NCBI GenBank assembly: GCA_963702205.1
Contig: OY969724.1
Location: forward strand, 2,976,001 to 3,040,000
DNA: 64,000 nucleotides
Direction: 5' to 3'
DNA from: an uncultured candidate division Zixibacteria bacterium
Lineage (GTDB): Bacteria; Zixibacteria; MSB-5A5; GN15; PGXB01
In this document: positions 9,674 to 19,219 of the stretch, piece by piece
How positions within the stretch are numbered: the stretch's first letter is position 1
How the letters are laid out: each line of letters begins with the position of its first letter
Made by a program: the position numbers and the translations under genes
The notes under the pieces: generated by a model
What the model saw: only the letters and a program-made list of their open reading frames with translations
Databases searched by the model: none
Told to the model about the DNA's origin: nothing

Positions 9674-9694
9674 TGGTCAGAAGGAAAGGTTATT

Positions 9695-11618
9695 ATGCAG
9701 AATGTTGAGACTGTAGAAATCACCACTGATCTTCTGATTCTTGGTGGTGGTATGGCCGCCTGCGGTGCCGCCGTGGAAGCTTCCTACTGGGGTAAAAAGA
9801 ACAATGTCAAGATTACCCTGGTAGACAAGGCCGCGATGGAACGTTCCGGCGCCGTGGCGATGGGTCTTTCGGCCCTTAACCAGTATGTTGGCCTGCACGA
9901 AGGCAAAAACACGATCAAAGACTATGTCGATTACGTCCGCATGGACCTGATGGGTATCATTCGTGAAGACCTGGTCGCGAATATTGCCCGCCACGTCGAC
10001 TCGACCGTGCACCTGTTCGAAAAATGGGGTCTCCCCATCTGGACGGACGCCGAAGGCCGTTACGTGCACGAAGGTCGCTGGCAGCTCATGATCAACGGTG
10101 AATCCTATAAGGTCATCGTTGCTGAAGCCGCCAAAAACGCCCTGGCCGATGCCGGTGGCGAATATATTCGAGAGAATTTTCATCACCGAGCCGCTGCTCG
10201 ATGGCGACCGCATCGCCGGTGCCGTCGGCTTCAGCGTCCGTGAAAACAAGTTTTATGTTTTCCACGCCAAAGCCGTCGTCTGCTCCATGGGTGGTGCCGT
10301 TCACGTCTTCAAGCCGCGCAGCACCGGTGAAGGTCTCGGCCGCGCCTGGTATCCGCCGTGGAACTCCGGTTCCAGCGCCTACTTCACTCTGCGCGCCGGT
10401 GCCGAAATGACCTCACAGGAAGTCCGCTTCATCCCCGTCCGCTTTAAGGACGCCTATGGCCCCGTCGGTGCCTGGTTCCTGCTCTTCAAGTCGGCTGCCA
10501 CCAATGCTATGGGCGGCAACTACATGATCGAACGTCGCGACGAGTTGGAAAACTGGAAACCGTACGGTCTCGTCAAACCGATTCCGGCCAACCTCCGCAA
10601 CTGGCTGGGTATGCTCGATATTATGGAAGGTAAAGGCCCCATCTACATGAGGACCGAAGAAGCCATCCAGAAGATCGCCAACGAATCCGGTGACGAAAAA
10701 GCCGCCAAGAAGAAGCTCAAAGAACTCGAAGCCGAAGCCTGGGAAGACTTCCTCGATATGACCATTTCGCAGGCAATTCTCTGGGCCGCCAACAACGTCG
10801 AGCCCGAGAAGAGATCGTCTGAAATCGCCGCCGCCGAACCGTACTTCATCGGTTCGCACTCCGGTGCCTCCGGTGCCTGGGTCAGCGGTCCGGAAGACCT
10901 GCAGTCCAAAGATACCAGGGATGAATATTTCTGGGGATACGCCAACATGTCGACCGTCAAAGGTCTGTTCTGCGCGGGCGACGCCTCCGGCGCCTCATCC
11001 CACAAATTCTCCTCCGGTTCGCACGCTGAAGGTCGTATCGTCGGCAAGGCCGCCGTCAAGTTCATCGTTGAAAACAACACTCAGCCGAACGTCGACGCTG
11101 CCAAAGTCGAAGAATACAAGAAACTGGTTTATCAGCCGATGGAAACGTATGAAGCTCACAAGAACGACACTACGGATCCGGAAGTCAACCCGAACTACAT
11201 CAAGCCCAAAATGTTCATGTTCCGCCTTCAGAAGATCATGGACGAATACGTGGGCGGGGTTTCGGCCCAGTTTTCGACCAACGCCTCCGGCCTGGAACGC
11301 GCTCTCGAGCTGCTAACCTTCCTGAAGGAAGACTCCGAGAAGCTGGCCGCTGCCGATCTGCACGAACTGCTCCGCTGCTGGGAAAATATCCAGCGCATGT
11401 GGCAGGCCGAAGCTCATACCAGGACCATTCAGTTCCGTGAAGAAACGCGCTGGCCGGGATATTACCGCCGCTCGGACTTCCCGACCATGAATGAGAACGA
11501 CTGGCACGCTTTTGCCAACTGCCGCTGGGATCCCAACACCAGCGAGTGGGAAATGATCAAGCGCCCGATGAAGCATGTCTATCCTAAAGCTCAGGAACAC
11601 GAACTGCTGGGCGGCTGA
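9695..11618 (+). CDS. aprA: Adenylylsulfate reductase alpha subunit, with one extra base near 10163-10169
   Basis: ILGGGMAACG, RSGAVAMGLSA and WQLMINGESYK in the first frame; ERIFI, GRAWYPPWN, HKFSSGSHAEGR and EETRWPGYY in the second. Removing one base gives GGE-(I/Y)F-ERIFITEP. Confidence 0.95.
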
Positions 11619-11675
11619 TGAGTCCCGACACTGATTGGAATCGAAGTTTACCTTGATTCTGATTTGTTCATAAAT

Positions 11676-11710
11676 GTCCTCCGGGCGCCGGTCGCTCGGA
11701 GGACTTTAAA
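11676..11710 (+). terminator. Probable terminator after aprA
   Basis: GTCCTCCGGGCG-N5-CGCTCGGAGGAC followed by TTTAAATTT. Confidence 0.6.
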
Positions 11711-11764
11711 TTTGCGGAACGGGACGGGATTAACGTATTTTAGGAAACTTAAACGGATGAGATT

Positions 11765-12052
11765 ATGAACGACAAAACCCGAAATAAAGATACCATTTGT
11801 CCCTACTGCAATAAACCAATGACCAAATGGATACCCCACATGGAATCCGGCTGGGATATGGAGATTCAGTACGTCTGTTTCAACGATGAATGTCCGTATT
11901 ACATCAAGGGCTGGGAATGGATGCGCGAGCAGTACAAACAAAAGGCCTCCTATCGTTTTCGTTATGACCCTCAAACCGGCGAGAAAGGCCCGTTACCGGT
12001 GGCCTCATCGCAGGCACATCGGGGTGGTATCGTCGAAGATTCCCAGGAGTAA
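11765..12052 (+). CDS. Small Cys-rich zinc-finger-like hypothetical protein
   Basis: CPYC ... CFNDECPYY motif, 95 aa; recalled as an ogr/Delta-like family seen in sulfate reducers. Confidence 0.7.
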   Translation: MNDKTRNKDTICPYCNKPMTKWIPHMESGWDMEIQYVCFNDECPYYIKGWEWMREQYKQKASYRFRYDPQTGEKGPLPVASSQAHRGGIVEDSQE

Positions 12053-12058
12053 CAGAGT

Positions 12059-12924
12059 ATGGATGATAACAACAAAATGGACGATATCGCCCGCTTGAAA
12101 GAGGCTATATTGAAAGAATATCCCAGACTGCACAAAACCGACACTTTCAGGTTTCGCTGTCACAGCGGTGTCGCCTGCTTCAACGAATGCTGCGGAGATG
12201 TCAATATATTTCTGACTCCGTACGATATAATGCGTCTGAAAAATAACCTGGGAATAACTTCGCAGGAATTCATAGAAAAATATACTATCTCTCCCTTCGA
12301 TAAAAATCTGAAATACCCGGTTCTGCTTTTGAAGATGAACGATGACGATCGCAAGAGCTGCCCCTTTGTCGGTGAGGACGGCTGTTCCGTATACCGCGAC
12401 CGCCCCTGGGCCTGTCGGATGTACCCCTCGGGCTGGCCACCAGCCGCGAAAGTTCTCAGGTCATAGACAACGAGTTTTTCTTCCTGTTGCAGGAAGCCTC
12501 GTGCAAGGGCTTTTGCGAAGACCACGAGCAATCTATCGAGCAGTGGCTGACCAATCAGGGAATCGAAGAGTACAACGCCGCCGGAGAGGATTTCAAAGAT
12601 ATAACGCTGCATCCGCGCCTTCAGGAAGTGAAAGGCGGCTTGTCACCGCAGCAGGTGGGCATGTTCCATACGGCCTGTTACAATCTCGATAAATTCCGCA
12701 GCTTCGTTTTCGACAGCTCTTTCCTGGATAAGTTCGACGTCGATGCCGACACCATCGAGAAGATTAAAACCGACGACGAAGCTCTGTTGAAATTCGGTTA
12801 CAAGTGGATACGCTTTTCGATTTTTGGCGAACAAACGCTGAAAGTTAAAGATGACGTTTTTCGGATAAAAAAAGAAGAACTGGAGCAAAAGCTCAAAGAG
12901 AGACAAAAGCGCGAATCCAACTGA
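12059..12924 (+). CDS. YkgJ-family (CxxCxxCC) cysteine-cluster protein, frameshifted in the C4 run at 12424-12427
   Basis: FRCHSGVACFNECC and CPFVGEDGCSVYRDRPWACRMYP. Adding one C restores MYPLGLA and joins ORF 12487-12924. Confidence 0.85.
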
Positions 12925-12960
12925 TCAATATTGCGATGGCCGGATGCGAAAAGCTTCCGG

Positions 12961-13650
12961 CTATTTTTTTATCTTAAAATCAAGAAAATCACAGACGTGC
13001 ATCGGTCGAAGAGATCCATCGTTTATATTATAAAATAATACTTCGGCAGTGTCTTTCGACAAATTATCAATGTGATTATCATCCACATTCTGATCAAGTG
13101 CCTTAAGTGCAAGGATGCCGTGCGCCCTGACTTTGGGATTCTGATCATTCAGCGAATTGGTGATCTCGGCCAGATGTAACATAGCGGCGTTAACTATGAA
13201 TTCTTTGTTGGGACAACTTTCGACCAGCCGCCAAATTGCCCACCGTACCCCCGCTTCAAATGGCTCTTCGTCCATGAAGGCAAATAGATTCGGAACGTAC
13301 TCACCGGTCAGATCGGGTGACCTGACAATTATTTCGGCGATAGCTTCGGGTGCGTTCCAGCATAGTCCGCCGGATTCGTCGTTCATCAGCCAGAACAACC
13401 GTCTGATTTGCCGCCGCACGGCTTCCAAGTCTTTCCGGCCGATTTTCGCTGCCACCAATCCCATAGCCTCGATCGCCCGCCATTGGATCAGCGGATCGGT
13501 ATCAAATAGCAGCGACGTAAGTGTCCGTTGAATGTTGGCCGATTTTTGAGCGGATATTACGACAGATTCCAAATCGTGATTTTTAAGAAAATCTCTTACC
13601 TGATCCTTACGGCGTACAACCGACGATTTGTTCGCGGGCGTTTGACTCAT
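12961..13650 (-). CDS. HEAT-repeat protein (DVU0298-like)
   Basis: Helical repeats; motif RRLFWLMNDESGGLCWNAPEAIAEI. Confidence 0.7.
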   Translation of the reverse strand: MSQTPANKSSVVRRKDQVRDFLKNHDLESVVISAQKSANIQRTLTSLLFDTDPLIQWRAIEAMGLVAAKIGRKDLEAVRRQIRRLFWLMNDESGGLCWNAPEAIAEIIVRSPDLTGEYVPNLFAFMDEEPFEAGVRWAIWRLVESCPNKEFIVNAAMLHLAEITNSLNDQNPKVRAHGILALKALDQNVDDNHIDNLSKDTAEVLFYNINDGSLRPMHVCDFLDFKIKK

Positions 13651-13658
13651 CGGCTGGG

Positions 13659-15194
13659 TTATTTGGCAGCCGTGACCGTTCCGCGATGCGAAGGCAGCTT
13701 TTTGAGAATTCTTATCTCAGGGATGACGCCGATCACCGGGACGCCCAGGATTTCCTCGACCTCATCGAGATTTTTGAACGAGCTGTCCATGATTTCCGAC
13801 AGCATCGCCGCCCCGGCGCCGATCGCCAAGCCCAGCAGTATCCCAAGAACCAAAATTTTAGGGCGGTCCGGAGTGAACGGTGCCAGAGGCACCTTAGCCG
13901 GTTCGATAACTTTATATTTTGATTCGCGCACCAGCGCCTGTGATATCTGCGAGCTTTCCTGCTGGTCCTTGAATTTATCTCTCAGGTCACGAGCCGCCGT
14001 GATCTCTCGTTCCACCTGATCCAGCGAGGCCTCGTATTCCGGAATCAGATTAATTTTGTGCAGCAAATCGGCCTGGGCCAGCTTGAGATTGTTTTCGCGT
14101 GTATACAGCACGTCGATATCGGCCCGCAGTGTAAATAATTGGGATAAAAGATTGCGGGTATTTTGATCATAGTCCGAGAACTGCTTGCCCACGAGTTCCT
14201 TAATTTCATCTTCGACCTGTCCGACCAAATTATACAGGCGCGTGTTGAAGGTTAAAACTTCCGGGGCTTTCCATTCATTGGTCTGCATCAATGTGGCAAT
14301 CGACCCGATAAGCTGCTTGATATCACCCTTCAGCCGGGTCAGCTTGCTCGATTCATCGAGGTTCAGCTTGCTCTTATTCAATCCCAGGTCGGCCAGTTGA
14401 CCGATAAGACCTTTTTCCTCATCGTTCTTGCTTTTTATATCAAGGTCCGTGGATTCGATTTCTGCGTCGATGGCCCGGCGGTTTTCATCGGAAATTACCG
14501 ACTCGTCGAGCTTAACCTGCATGTATTCTTTTTCGAGTGCCGTCTTGCGGTCAATTTTATCCTGCAAATCTTTTTCGTACCGTGACAATTGCTCGAACGA
14601 AAAGTCCTGCGATATGCGCACCGATCCGAGCTCCTGGCGCATTTTTTCGGTGATGAAAATATCGCCCAGATTCTGGGCCATGTCGCGAGCCTTATTGGGT
14701 TTGGTCGACGTGACTGAAATTTGCACCTGGTCACTGCCGGCGTACCCCACTTCGATTTTCTTTCTCAGGCTGTTGACGAGGTAATCCTGCTTTATCTGAT
14801 CCAGAGTCAGATCCGGCCTCGTTGATTGGGCCTTAACGGCCTTTTCCTTCAAAGCCGGGTCCTGGTCCAATTTCATCAGGGTGATTAATTGACCGAGGTA
14901 CGGCGTCGACGTAATCTCGTTCTGAAGGCTCTTGAGCTCCATCTGACGGTCGCGCTCGGTCCTCATCATCTGCTGGCCGCTGCCCAGCATACGCTGAAGA
15001 TCATTGGACAACTTGACCGGAGAACCGGTCCAAACGATAACGGATGACTCGTATTCGGGGGTTATCAGATACGATCCCGCAAACGTGGCCGCGGTTACAA
15101 GTATCATGGGAATAATTATAATCCACTTTCGTCGCCAGGCAACCTGGAGCAGATCATTTACGTCAAAGGCCTTTTTCTTGGCGGTATCAGCCAC
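13659..15194 (-). CDS. Polysaccharide chain-length determinant (Wzz/GumC family)
   Basis: N-terminal TM after WRRKW, long coiled coil, and EPAKVPLAPFTPDRP followed by a C-terminal TM. Confidence 0.88.
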   Translation of the reverse strand: MADTAKKKAFDVNDLLQVAWRRKWIIIIPMILVTAATFAGSYLITPEYESSVIVWTGSPVKLSNDLQRMLGSGQQMMRTERDRQMELKSLQNEITSTPYLGQLITLMKLDQDPALKEKAVKAQSTRPDLTLDQIKQDYLVNSLRKKIEVGYAGSDQVQISVTSTKPNKARDMAQNLGDIFITEKMRQELGSVRISQDFSFEQLSRYEKDLQDKIDRKTALEKEYMQVKLDESVISDENRRAIDAEIESTDLDIKSKNDEEKGLIGQLADLGLNKSKLNLDESSKLTRLKGDIKQLIGSIATLMQTNEWKAPEVLTFNTRLYNLVGQVEDEIKELVGKQFSDYDQNTRNLLSQLFTLRADIDVLYTRENNLKLAQADLLHKINLIPEYEASLDQVEREITAARDLRDKFKDQQESSQISQALVRESKYKVIEPAKVPLAPFTPDRPKILVLGILLGLAIGAGAAMLSEIMDSSFKNLDEVEEILGVPVIGVIPEIRILKKLPSHRGTVTAAK

Positions 15195-15258
15195 AGTGCG
15201 TTACCTTTCGAAGGGGTTGTTCATGACCGAAATTATCATTTAAACGCCATCCCCGCCA

Positions 15259-16248
15259 TCAAATTTCCGTCCATGACAAATTTTCATCTATATGCAGCGG
15301 CTGAGCCCGAAGGTACTGAGTGGTTCTCATTTTCTGCTTGATATCCTTCATCACCCGTTCCACCTGGTCCGGCTTTAAACCCAAGACCTCCGCGGTGTCC
15401 TCCGCCGATACCCCGTTTTCCATGGCGTACCAAATCGGATCGAGTATCGGGAATTCCACACCGAAGAAAAAGTCGGTCTGGGTAACTTCGGCCGAGTAGG
15501 TATCGGTCGTAGGCGTGCGGCCCCTAATACCCTCGGGTATTTCCAAATAGTCGGCGATCTGGTAAACCTGCATTTTAAGCAGGTGTGCGATCGGCTTAAT
15601 ATCGGATCCGCCGTCGCCGTACTTCACAAAAAAGCCGAGCATATGCTCGTCCTTATTGCCGGTCCCGATCAGCGCCCGGTTGAGCCGTTCGGCGTGGTAG
15701 TAGCCCATCGCCATCCTTGTCCGCTGTTTGAAATTCGACGCGGCTACGATTTGAAGATATTCTTTCTTCGGCAACCGGATTTCCTTGACATCACCGTCGG
15801 GCGACTCGATAGTCAGCTTGAAAAAATTGAATCCTGCTTTTTCGAGGATATTGCTGCCCAGCGTAATTTTGTTCTTATACCCCGGCCCGAACTCGGGGAA
15901 AAGCTTCTTGATGGCTTCGTCGCGGCGACGATAGCAATCGAACCCTTCCAGGGCTCCGGAGATGTTTTCTTCGAGAAACTCTATCCCGAGGTGATCGGCC
16001 AGCTGCCCGGCCAGCGATTTCGATTCCGGCGCCGAATCCTTCTCCGGGAGCGCCAGACCGAGGACCTTATCGGGCCCCAGAGCTTTGGCGGCCAGCGCGG
16101 CACAAACCGAAGAATCCACGCCGCCGCTTATGGCCACAATTGCTCCCTCACGCTTTAAGTCTACCAAAATCTGTTTTTTAATAACATCAGCGATGCGCGA
16201 TGCTTCGGCGGCCGGATCGATATTGAGTGAATCCAGATTTAATTTCAT
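15259..16248 (-). CDS. nadE: NH3-dependent NAD+ synthetase-like N-type ATP pyrophosphatase
   Basis: ISGGVDSSV PP-loop, NFKQRTRM, GTGNKDE, GFFVKYGDG and PTTDTYS. Confidence 0.85.
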   Translation of the reverse strand: MKLNLDSLNIDPAAEASRIADVIKKQILVDLKREGAIVAISGGVDSSVCAALAAKALGPDKVLGLALPEKDSAPESKSLAGQLADHLGIEFLEENISGALEGFDCYRRRDEAIKKLFPEFGPGYKNKITLGSNILEKAGFNFFKLTIESPDGDVKEIRLPKKEYLQIVAASNFKQRTRMAMGYYHAERLNRALIGTGNKDEHMLGFFVKYGDGGSDIKPIAHLLKMQVYQIADYLEIPEGIRGRTPTTDTYSAEVTQTDFFFGVEFPILDPIWYAMENGVSAEDTAEVLGLKPDQVERVMKDIKQKMRTTQYLRAQPLHIDENLSWTEI

Positions 16249-16410
16249 AGGCAAATTCCAATCTTCTCATTTCAGGAACTTATTCAGTATTTCGTCATTA
16301 TACCGATAATTATATACGTATTATCGGTCTTCAAGACAAAAATATATTGCCTTATGGGCGGAGCAAGTATAAAATTCTAACTAATTAAGATATATGGAGA
16401 AAGATGGAAG

Positions 16411-16662
16411 ATGGAAAAGGCAAAGATAGAAGCAAAAATAAAGCAGTTTATTCAATCCAATTTTATATTCGAGGAATCGCTGGTCCTCGCCAAAGATCAA
16501 TCCCTTTTGGACAGCGGCATTATTGACTCCACCGGGGTCCTGGAATTGGTCAATTTTCTGGAAGAGAATTTCGGCTTTTCGGTCAACGACGAAGAACTCA
16601 TTCCGGATAATCTTGATTCAATAGATAATATAGCGACCTTTGTCCAGACAAAACTCGCCTGA
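16411..16662 (+). CDS. Acyl carrier protein
   Basis: SLLDSGIIDSTGVLELV phosphopantetheine site; 83 aa, acidic. Confidence 0.9.
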   Translation: MEKAKIEAKIKQFIQSNFIFEESLVLAKDQSLLDSGIIDSTGVLELVNFLEENFGFSVNDEELIPDNLDSIDNIATFVQTKLA

Positions 16663-16831
16663 TGAAGACTGTCAATGATTTCCTGTACAAATCCGCCCGA
16701 AGACTACCCGACAAAACAGCCCTGGTTTTGAAGGACAACGTCACAACAACCCCGAAGACCTTATGGTCCCGCAGTTGGTTGAATTCGTTGAAAGCCTTCC
16801 GATTTCGGGGTTCGGCAAAATCAAACGATAA
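16662..16831 (+). pseudogene. AMP-dependent acyl-CoA/acyl-ACP ligase remnant with a large internal deletion
   Basis: N-terminus MKTVNDFLYKSARRLPDKTALVLKD joined out of frame to C-terminus EDLMVPQLVEFVESLPISGFGKIKR* (16742-16831, A10-like motif); start overlaps the ACP stop. Confidence 0.8.
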
Positions 16832-16864
16832 AAAAACCACGGTAAAATTAAATTCAATTTAAAG

Positions 16865-18850
16865 CTATTTTGTACTATCATCGTGATATACGGTGAAAAC
16901 GTCCCGTGACGGACTGTCCGGGCATTTGAAATTCTCGATATAATATTGATGCAATAGCTGGGTCGAAAGTATCCCGATAAACGACATATTATCCTTGAAC
17001 GACAAATGTGCGTGCGAGAGTTTTTTGCATTTTTCCCCGAGTTTGATCACCGGTTCCGGTTTGAAAATACCGACACGCTTTAAATTATCAGGAGACAGCA
17101 TTGCCGCAATATATTCGGGCGAATCGTCCTGTACGAAGCTGTTGGAGTCCGGGGCCATGTACGGTTGCTTGACGCGGTCCACAATCTGCCTGGGCAGCTC
17201 TTTCTGCATGGCCTTTTTCAAAACGAATTTCTCCTTGAGGCCATGAATTTTATAAAGCGGCGGGATGGTCGCCGCGAATTCGACCACGCGGTGGTCCAGA
17301 AACGGAAACCGGCCTTCCACCGAATTGGCGGCGGCGACACGATCACCCTGCGACGACAACAAATACCCGGCCAGAAGCGATCTCGCTTCGAGGTATTGCG
17401 CCCTCACAAGATGATGCCAGGAGAAGAAGTCCTCGGGCAGGTCTTTCTTGTATGATCCTATCGCGTCGTACCCCCCGACTGCCTCGCAGACATCATCGGA
17501 GAAAAAATCCTTGATCTTGGAGGTCGTGTTTATGCGCGGTATGTGCGAAAAATAATATTCATCCGTTTTTGACAGGCCCGCCTTGTAAAAAGTCTCCAGA
17601 TAGAACCTCGCTCTGGCCGCCGACAGCGGCAGGGTCGGATACAGACGCCTCAGAAGCAGCGGCCGCCATCTCGAATCCGGATTGCGTGACCAGAACTTTC
17701 TGATTATGGTTTCTTTGAACAGATCATAGCCGCCCAGTATTTCGTCCGATCCTTCACCGGTGAGGACGACCTTGAAATTGTGCTGACGAACCAGACCCGA
17801 GAGCATCAGGAGCGGCGTCGGAGCGGTGCGGACTATCGGTCGCTCGGTATGCCATATCACGCGGGGGAAGTTTTCGGCGATGTCGTGATAGTTGCACTGT
17901 ATCTGGTGGTGGTGCGTTCCGAGAAAATCCGCCATCTGTTTTTGATAGTCGGATTCATCGTACGCCTTATCCTGAAAAGCAATCGAAAACGTCTCGATCG
18001 GGGTGTCGGTAAAATGCTTTATCAGGGCCGTGGTCGCCGAGGAATCCAATCCTCCTGATAGATACCCTCCGACCGGCACGTCGGCCCGCAGCCGCAGCCG
18101 GACCGCATCGACCAGCAAAGCGTGGAGTTCTTCGGCCCAGGAAGCCACGTGGCGCGATTTATCGAACGTCTCGGGGTAGTTCAGCGTCCAATAGCGACCT
18201 GTGTCGATCCGGCCGTCCTTGATCTCAACCCAACAGCCGGCCTCCAGTTCATTTATATTCTCGAAAGCCGTACGCGGCGCGGCGGTAGTCCACCACGTGA
18301 AAATCTCATCAAGGCCTTTGTAGTCGATTGTCCGTGGGATCGAGCTGTCGCAAAATATGGCTTTGATTTCCGAAGCGAACGTCACCCGCCCGTTATTTAT
18401 TGCATAAAAGACCGGCCGTATACCCATGCGATCGCGCGCCAGAAACAGCGAGCGGTTCTTCTTATCGTATATGGCGAAAGCGAACTGGCCGTTGAATCTG
18501 TTCAGGCATTCTTTGCCCCACTGCTCGAAAGCGTGAACGATGACTTCGGTATCTGACTTAGTGTGGAATTTGTGTCCCAGTTTTTCCAACTCCGGGCGGA
18601 GTTCGACATAATTGAATATTTCCCCATTAAAGGATATCCAGATTGTGCCGTCTTCGTTGGAAAGCGGCTGCGAGCCGCCGGAGAGGTCGATTATCGACAG
18701 CCGAGCCTGTCCCAGCCCGCAATAGTCATCGAAATAAGCCCCGAATTCATCTGGACCGCGATGCTGAATCTGCTTGACCATGCGCCCGATCAGGTCGTAC
18801 TCGGGAGCACATTTATCTTTTAGCTGAAAATATCCTGCAATACCGCACAT
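16865..18850 (-). CDS. asnB: Asparagine synthase (glutamine-hydrolysing)-like amidotransferase
   Basis: MCGIAG, HRGPD, RLSIID, NGEIFN, LSGGLDSS, VLTGEGSDE and RFPFLD motifs. Confidence 0.95.
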   Translation of the reverse strand: MCGIAGYFQLKDKCAPEYDLIGRMVKQIQHRGPDEFGAYFDDYCGLGQARLSIIDLSGGSQPLSNEDGTIWISFNGEIFNYVELRPELEKLGHKFHTKSDTEVIVHAFEQWGKECLNRFNGQFAFAIYDKKNRSLFLARDRMGIRPVFYAINNGRVTFASEIKAIFCDSSIPRTIDYKGLDEIFTWWTTAAPRTAFENINELEAGCWVEIKDGRIDTGRYWTLNYPETFDKSRHVASWAEELHALLVDAVRLRLRADVPVGGYLSGGLDSSATTALIKHFTDTPIETFSIAFQDKAYDESDYQKQMADFLGTHHHQIQCNYHDIAENFPRVIWHTERPIVRTAPTPLLMLSGLVRQHNFKVVLTGEGSDEILGGYDLFKETIIRKFWSRNPDSRWRPLLLRRLYPTLPLSAARARFYLETFYKAGLSKTDEYYFSHIPRINTTSKIKDFFSDDVCEAVGGYDAIGSYKKDLPEDFFSWHHLVRAQYLEARSLLAGYLLSSQGDRVAAANSVEGRFPFLDHRVVEFAATIPPLYKIHGLKEKFVLKKAMQKELPRQIVDRVKQPYMAPDSNSFVQDDSPEYIAAMLSPDNLKRVGIFKPEPVIKLGEKCKKLSHAHLSFKDNMSFIGILSTQLLHQYYIENFKCPDSPSRDVFTVYHDDSTK

Positions 18851-18959
18851 AACTTAAATACTGTTTAATACCAATTTCTGTTGGCCGCCAATAATAAACG
18901 GAAAAGTCAATATATTAAATATATCGGTAACGAGAAGGATTATTTATCGAATGTCGGAA

Positions 18960-19121
18960 TTATCTGCGGACGACAATTTTCCCATTCAGATTACTGTCTT
19001 CGACATACCATAAATATATGCCCGATGCCACCGTGTTACCCGAGGAATTGGTGCCGTCCCAGGCCAAATCGCCGCCGTTGGACTGAAGGCCGTTCACCAG
19101 CGCCCCGGTCAGAGTCATCAT
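18960..19121 (-). pseudogene. Orphan C-terminal FlgD-Ig/T9SS-like sorting-domain fragment
   Basis: MMTLTGALVNGLQSNGGDLAWDGTNSSGNTVASGIYLWYVEDSNLNGKIVVRR* is colinear with the C-terminus of 26442-29654; absent from the ORF track. Confidence 0.8.
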
Positions 19122-19219
19122 TTTGATGCCGATAAGCTGTTCCTCCGCAGAACATTGTAGGATGCTTGAACATCGGAATCGGGGTGGTCATAAATGACGA
19201 AAAACACAGCGGCTTGGGG

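Noticed and set aside
10150..10245. Programmed ribosomal frameshift in aprA
   Set aside because: No slippery heptamer or obvious stimulatory structure, and other single-base lesions in the window point to sequence error
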